Source: Octopus vulgaris (Eukaryota). Taken from it: a stretch of DNA of 64,000 bases. The position numbers and the translations under genes were made by a program. The stretch covers positions 3,038,001 to 3,102,000 of the forward strand of contig OX597838.1 of NCBI GenBank assembly GCA_951406725.2, given 5' to 3'. The notes beneath the pieces are model-generated. The model saw nothing but the letters and a program-made list of their open reading frames with translations. It did not search any database and was not told the DNA's origin. Positions 57,230-64,000 of this stretch are shown piece by piece (positions within the stretch are counted from its first letter, which is position 1; each line of letters starts with the position of its first letter).

Positions 57230-57419
57230 CAGTCACCATGATAGATCGTTAGCCACTACACACATTTTTTTCTCTCCTTGTTTTTTCTGTGTCCCTTTCT
57301 GTAGAAGAGCGTAGGCTCGAAACGTAAAAGACTTTTTCTATTCCTGAGCGTTATACTAATACATCTGTTTGTTTTGTACATTACCTGTCTTCGTCTTTTG
57401 TTTTTTTCGTAAACTTTCC

Positions 57420-57422
<3 letters not shown>
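57230..57422 (+). mobile_element. Short hammerhead-bearing insert between (TA)n tracts, family H2
   Basis: About 190 bp with TA repeats on both sides. Second, deleted copy at 49071. Confidence 0.75.
57295..57330 (+). ncRNA. Minimal hammerhead motif (A6U variant, GUA site)
   Basis: CTTT-CTGTAGA-A-GAGC-GTAG-GCTC-GAAA-CGTA^AAAG: stem I CTTT/AAAG, stem II GAGC/GCTC. Confidence 0.7.
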
Positions 57423-57512
<90 letters not shown>

Positions 57513-59554
57513 GTTTACATACAGCCAGTTTCAGTTAAATACGTGTATTCTAAAGATTGCATACACACATACACAAACATTTGTGCCCACATGCATATAC
57601 GCCCACGCGATTATACATGTTTGTATGTTTCTGTTCGCCGCCTTCCTACAAACTATAATAATAATATTGGCGATGCCGAGGTGGTTCAGCATGCCAGGAC
57701 ACCAGCACCAACACCGTCACACTTTCTTCACAAGTCCAGTGGTGGTAAGGATGGAGGCGACGGAGACAGACAGAGGATGCTATGGGAAGTCTTCAGCTTT
57801 GACCCTGCACACAAGGGAAACATAGAGTGATGCTCATTTTTATGTATGTATACTTATATATACGCAGACGACAACTGAAAGAATAATAAACTGGCGTGGA
57901 TAAACCTCTATTGTTAGGTACATCATTAACCAGAGTCAGTACGATATTGGCACTTGAAAGCATGGTATCTCTCATCTGGAAAGCGTCAGGATAGAAGGCA
58001 CATAGTTTTATGATTAAGATACCGAAAACATACAAATACGGACAGCAGATACCGGAATATTTCGGTTTGAGACACAAACCAACAGAGAGTATACAAGCGT
58101 AGAGGAATGTGTGTGTGAAAATGGTAGTGACGGTGATGATTATTAGTGACGGTGGGGGTTTATGGTAACGGTGAGATAATCTCTCCTTCCCGCCCCACCC
58201 CGCTCTTCTCTGCCCCGCCAGGGGATGCTTCAAAGTGCCCCCCACGCTCCTCCTTGCGCAATTTCTCTCGAGACGAAGCTATAAAAGCCACTCACCCGAA
58301 GACGTCACGCACAGGAATCGAACCAGGTCCCTGACGATTGCCAAAGCGAACGTTCGAATCTCCACTCGCCACCCGCCAGCCCCACCCTCTGACAGGTCTG
58401 CGTCTAACGTAGCAACAATAGAAAAAACAATTATTAAACTACAAACAACTTGGAATATTGGTTAAAACATCCTGATGGCTTGGAGATATATTTCCGCAGA
58501 TAGAGGGAGCTGTTGTTTTAATCAGAGTAAGATGTGATTGGATGTGCAAGTGGTGATTGGGAGGAGGGGTGGTGGTCAGAAGGAACGTCTGGACGTTAAT
58601 GTAATCTGGTGGTCATGGGGGGCGGGTAGTGATGGTAGTCATTGATAGTGGTGGTGGTGGTGGTGGTTGTGGTGGCGGCGGCTGTGGCGGCGGCGGCGGC
58701 TGTGGCGGCGGCGGCGGCATTCATGGTGATCATGGGGGCACTGATGGTGGTGGTGGTGGTGGTGATCGTCGTCGTCGTCGTCATGACAGCTGTAGTGGTA
58801 GTGGTGGTGGTTGCAGTGGTGGCGATGTTGGTGATGGTGATGGTGGTAATGGTGATGGTTGTCTTAGGTGTAGCGGTGGTAGTAGTAGAAGCAGTAGAGC
58901 TGGTTATGGTAATAGTGGAGATTGGTGGTTGTGAGGGAGGGGGCACGGAGGGTTGGCAGTGTTGGTGATGGGGGAGTACTAATCGGTGAGAGAGATGGCG
59001 GCCATGGGGAAGGAAGATGGCGGCGACGGTGGTGAAGGGGGAAGCAGGAGGGGAGGGCAGATATGGCGGTTATTATAATGATGGTGGTGGTAGTGGTGAT
59101 GGTGGTGGTGGTGGTGGTGGTGATGGTGGTGGTGGTTGTGGTGGTGGTGGTGGTGGTGGTGGTGGTGGTGGTGGTGGTGGTGTAGAGTCTGGTCTATTAT
59201 ATTTCTGAGACTTGGGCGAAGAAGAACTTCTGGAAGTTTCCATATCAAATGTGGACGGGGGGGAGTGGGGGGGGAGTGGGGGGGGGAGAGGCAGAGTCAG
59301 TGATTTTTATTTTATTTCATTTTATTTTATTTTATTTTATTTTATTTGTTTTGCTTGTTTTGTTATTTTTTAATTATTAAAGTGTTTGGATGGAATTTTG
59401 TTCTTGTGTGAGGACATTGGAATGAGTGTGGGTCGACTTCAGACGAGCGATATACGTAAGAGGTGTGCGTGTGTGTGTGCTTGCTTATATGTATGTGCAT
59501 GTGTATATATATATGTGGGTGTATGTGTGTCTACGTGTATGATTATGAGTGTGT

Positions 59555-59585
<31 letters not shown>

Positions 59586-59928
59586 GTGTATGCATATGCG
59601 TGTGAGTGCGTCTGTGCGTGTATGACTATGCGTGTGTCAGTGTGTTTGAGTGTGTGAATGTGTGTGTAGATGTGTGCAGATGTGTGTGTGTGTGTGTGTG
59701 TGTGGAACCGTTGGTAATATCTTTCTAAAGAATGAAATAGCCTGGAGTTTTGATGGTGAAACAATTTAATCATTGCTTATATTTATATCTGCATAAACAT
59801 ACACACACACACGCGCGCGCACATACACACACACGCACATACACACACACATATACACACATACATACGTACACACATACATACGTACATACATACATAC
59901 ATATATACATACGTACGTACGTACATAA

Positions 59929-59961
<33 letters not shown>

Positions 59962-59966
59962 GTATG

Positions 59967-59997
<31 letters not shown>

Positions 59998-60345
59998 GTA
60001 TATATACACACACTCGTATATATATATATGTATATATATAAATGTACACACATACATGTGTGTACATGTATGTTTGTGTGTATGATATATATACTCGTTT
60101 ACGTGTTTATGCGAAATTCATTGTCTACTTCCCGCATGTACAAACACACACACACAAACACATACACACAAGAGACACACTAATAATCATACACATAGAC
60201 ACACAAACACACACATACACTCATACACACACACACACACATACATATTTAAAGCAATGATTGTGGCATCTGCTTTTGAGTATTGAGTACTTTATCTGAA
60301 TAATCTTTGTATTGTTTTGAAATATAAACATACACCAAAAACTAC

Positions 60346-60463
<118 letters not shown>

Positions 60464-60739
60464 AGATGCTTGTAGGAATGTATGTATAAATGTATGTAGT
60501 CTGTTGAACTCCTGCAGTAGTTCATTACCTTTGATAAATATAGGTGAAACTTTAACAATTACCATAAACAACAAGAATATTATGTAGACACATTATCTTC
60601 TTCGTGTCTTCCAAACCAGTACAAAAGCCTGAAGTGCTGCGCCAAATCACCAACATGTAGAAGTCTGTTCTTTGTTTTTTTGTTTTTTTTTTATTAATGT
60701 AGAATATCATAAAGAACGTCTGTGTGTCCAGAATGAACG

Positions 60740-61095
60740 TTACAGAAAGCATTTCTCATTAGTAACCAACGCACATTGTTCTGAGACAGAACATTTCCCA
60801 GCCGTCTTTAAAAAACATTGCTATGGATCGCTACATTTTGCTACCCTAACCAGCAGTGCTATATTATTGAAAATTTCCCCGCATTGGCCAACGTAGATGG
60901 CTATGAATTAAACATTTCTCAGACATAACCACCGTATTTTGTTGTGAGACAAGGCAATTCTCAGCTTTAAAAAACATACATTGCTATGATTCAAACGTTT
61001 CCCAGACATAACCACCGTATTTTGTTGTGAGACAGGGCAGTTCCCAGCCACAACCAGCATCCATGTCTATGATACAAACATTTCCCAGCCGTAAA
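60740..61095. repeat. Diverged tandem repeat of about 83 bp
   Basis: CAGACATAACCACCGTATTTTGTTGTGAGACA occurs at about 60920 and 61003; AACATTTCCCAGCC-like subunits recur. Confidence 0.8.
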
Positions 61096-61289
61096 TAACA
61101 TGCATTACTATACTACAGCCCATCTAAACATCCGCATTTTCTGTGAATAAATCCCTAGTTATGTTTAAGTTTTTAGCAGGTACCGCATCCGGACTCACAT
61201 GTTTCAAATCCGGTATAGATTTCCAAAGACTTGCTCCATGGATAACTCAAAGTGTGGACTGGACCCTCACTTTTCGCGTTATCGTGAAA

Positions 61290-61965
61290 TTCCTTTAAAA
61301 TGCCTTCAAAATGTATTCCTGTTTGTAAAGATGCGTCATCTCTTGTTAAGTTCGCCAATTTATTCCAAAGTAAACCAGTTCTAACCAAGATTCTTGGACA
61401 GTCGCTGCTTGTTTCTTTAATGGTTCGACTAACATTACTCTCCAGTAATTTCAAAATTATCTTCAATTCCTCGAATATATCCAGTTAGTAGTGTTATTAT
61501 GTCTTAGATTCTAGCACTCTCATCTAATGCCACTGAGAACCATTCAAATGATTCGCCAGCCTGGAATTGCCGTTTTGATAGATTCTGCGAAATGGCATCA
61601 ATAACATAAACCAATGTCTTCTTTGACAGAGTTATAGTTTCAATTCCTGTTTTCCCTTCCAGACTGACAACATTAACGACATCAAACATTCACCCCTTAA
61701 AAATTCTGCTTCAGAAAACAATTTGCTGTGTTTGGCAGTTTTATGAGGAAGCATAAAAACGGTCTTCGTGATAGATTCTTCTATGACTGTTTGTTTAATA
61801 AAAAGAAGAAGAAAAAAACTGGCTGTTCTTTTAAATCTCTGAACTGAACTCGAAGCAGGTTTTTTGCCCAAATTACGGCACTTCGTCTGAAAATGTCTCT
61901 TCAACTTTTGTTGTATCTCGGGAGGGCCATTATATCAACAATAAACACACGCAGTGGTTCAATTT
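61290..61965 (-). pseudogene. Decayed hAT transposase (SPIN/Charlie, GTF2IRD2-like)
   Basis: In order on the minus strand: CVYC...LKRHFQTK (zinc-finger-like), AKHSKLFSEAEFL, ITLSKKT, FEWFSVALDES (first catalytic D), LWNKLANLTRDDA (compare TDGA). Frameshifted. Confidence 0.85.
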
Positions 61966-62979
61966 CACTTCGTTATTTTTAATTGTCAAGTGGTTAACCA
62001 TTTAACTAATAACTAATTAATTCTTTGATTAATAGTTCTATCAGTCAGTTAATCAGCTGGGTTTGTCAAAGTCCTCTCGCCGCCATTCGCTACCTCATCA
62101 ATAACATGCGCCCTCCACACCAGATCTGCTTAAAATCTATTCAGAAACGCACTCTTGGTGTATTAAGCACACTGCACCTATTCTAATATTTGCAAAGAAA
62201 CACTTGTTCGGTCATTCGTTCTTAATTACAAAATATTTGGCAATAATTTCCGGGGGGGGGGGTTGATTCGTGATTTATTTTGCAGAGTTTTGTTGTTTTT
62301 TGTTTTTTTTTGTTTGCTTGCTTGTTTGTTTGTTTTGGTACAAGTTTTATGAGCCAAGCAATTAACAAGATGCAGGATTTATATGGAGTTATGTCCTCTT
62401 GGATGAGCAGGCAGTGAGTTAAAGGGACATCTTCTACCTTGGGTCCGTTGGGGCGTCTCTGGGCGATCGTCTTCTAGAATTAATCCCGTGATACGCTTAT
62501 TATCCTGTGGTTGGGACCATGACAGTTCTTGTTAAGGAACAATTTGAAAAGCCTTAATATAAAACATTTGATGATTATAGCTCATGTTTTGAGCGATGTT
62601 TATTGTATTTTGTTTCCAAAATGGTGGAATTATTAGGCCAACAGACAATGAAGAGGTGTGAACGCAATATTTTATTAAAGTAGAAATGAAATAAATGTGT
62701 CATAAAAATATTTGGTTTTAAAGGAAACCGACAGGAAACGTAATTACATAAAATATTGAATATTTAACAAGAAAATCTTTCTTCTCCATTAGAGAGAGAT
62801 ATTGTCCATGATAATATTGATTGAAGACAAATTGGTGTTGACACGAATATTAATTAGTTATTTCTCTTTAAAGGTCGTTGTTCTCCGGGATAAAAGAAAT
62901 AATAAAACAAATAAACAAAAATTAAATAAGTAAAAACTAGCAGAGAAATATGAATTTCAAATCGTGGGACGGAAGGTTC

Positions 62980-63260
62980 TGACATATTTCTGTTTTAACT
63001 TGTCATTTCTGTCTTATTTTTCTCATCATATCTCTGACATATTTCTCTCATATCTTTTGTCATTTCTGTCATATTTCTGTCATATTTCTCTGATAGTTCC
63101 GTCACACTTTACAGATATTCTTGTAATATTTCTCTCAAATTCTTGTCCTATTTCTCTAATATTTCTGTCATATCCTTGTCCTATTTCTCTCACATTTCTC
63201 TTATATTCTTCTCCTATATCTCTCACACTTCTCTCATTCTTCTGTCGTATCTCCTGTCAT
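62980..63260. repeat. Degenerate about 11-bp pyrimidine-rich tandem repeat (CATATTTCTGT-like)
   Basis: Read directly. Confidence 0.75.
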
Positions 63261-63429
63261 AAAATCAAATCATAGAATTCAACGAAATCATTTTCTGCTT
63301 CTCATTGTCATTTAGCCCCAGGCCAGAGAGTCAAGTTTTATATATTCTTTAGTTTTCTAAAACAACTTTAAAATATAATTTTATATGCCAGAATTGTTTA
63401 GATCTTGGCTTTATACAGTATGTGTGTTC

Positions 63430-63900
63430 AGCTTTTTCACTAATGCTTCGCTTATAGTGATCAAATGGTCATGCCGCACATTAGCTCACTTTCTCCATCA
63501 AATCGACGTTGTCTGAACAGGGGCACAGTGTGCCACACGTCAGGTGTCGAAGTGCTCACAGAGCAACATGAGATGAAGTGTTTTGCTCAAGAACACAACA
63601 CACCACCCGATTGAGGAATTGAAATCACGACCACTAGATCTTGAGTGCAACACCCTAACCACTAAGCCATGTATATGATTGACTCTCTCGTCGAAGACGA
63701 CGCATGAAGTATTCAGCTTTTGCCGTATGACCTGCACAAATGCTTCGCTTATAGTGATCAAAGGTTTGTGCTGTACATTAGCTCACCTGTCCCTCCATCA
63801 AATCGACGCTGCCTGAACAGGTGCACGGTGTTGTCTGAACAGACGCTACATCCAGTCTCGGAACTGAAACCTCGATCGCTAAATCTCGAATTACAATGCA
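63430..63900 (-). mobile_element. CORE-like tRNA SINE (63430-63672) plus a partial second copy (63740-63900)
   Basis: Minus-strand head CATGGCTTAGTGGTTAGGGTG...GTGTTCTTGAGCAAAACACTTCAT. AATGCTTCGCTTATAGTGATCAAA...CCATCAAATCGACG is duplicated. Confidence 0.75.
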
Positions 63901-64000
63901 CCATCACATCACTTCTTACACATCACACATATAAACGCTGCGCATGTGATCTTCAACGCGTGACAGATATGTTATAAACGGTTTCCATATTAATTTAGCT

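Noticed and set aside
57850-58080. YADD motif suggesting a reverse transcriptase
   Set aside because: Followed almost immediately by a stop, abuts TA repeats, and has no convincing flanking RT motifs.
58180-58380. GC boxes plus TATAAAA promoter
   Set aside because: The TATAAAA lies inside a decayed SINE B head on the minus strand (GGTTCGATTCCTGTGCGTGACGTCTTCGGG).
58596-59208. Gly-rich ORFs resembling structural proteins
   Set aside because: Degenerate (GGT)n array, similar to 53060-53420 and complementary to the (CAC)n arrays.

Overview
AT-rich eukaryotic DNA saturated with microsatellites ((TA)n, (CA)n, (TACA)n, (TAGA)n, many trinucleotide tracts). The tRNA-derived SINE families and the microsatellite load look like an octopus (cephalopod) genome; this is my inference from recalled repeat sequences, not a database hit. 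I find no intact protein-coding gene: nearly all ORFs in the track are translations of simple repeats, so the window reads as a gene desert or very large intron. Identifiable content: four tRNA-SINE families (two copies with clear target-site duplications), two non-autonomous Helitrons, a piggyBac-like MITE, Tigger-like ends, decayed LINE RT fragments (CR1/Jockey-like, RTE-like, R4/Dong-like) and a decayed hAT transposase. The most striking signal is about 10 dispersed minimal type I hammerhead ribozyme motifs (C[U/C]GANGA-stem II-GAAA-short, often palindromic stem III-GUH), with compensatory stem changes between copies. They sit in short non-coding inserts of the kind expected from Penelope-like retroelements. 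Two form foldback structures, and one of these encloses an exact 147-bp copy of host DNA from about 900 bp upstream. Several short unique islands carry clustered YY1/CTCF/E2F/Hox-TALE-like motifs and may be regulatory.
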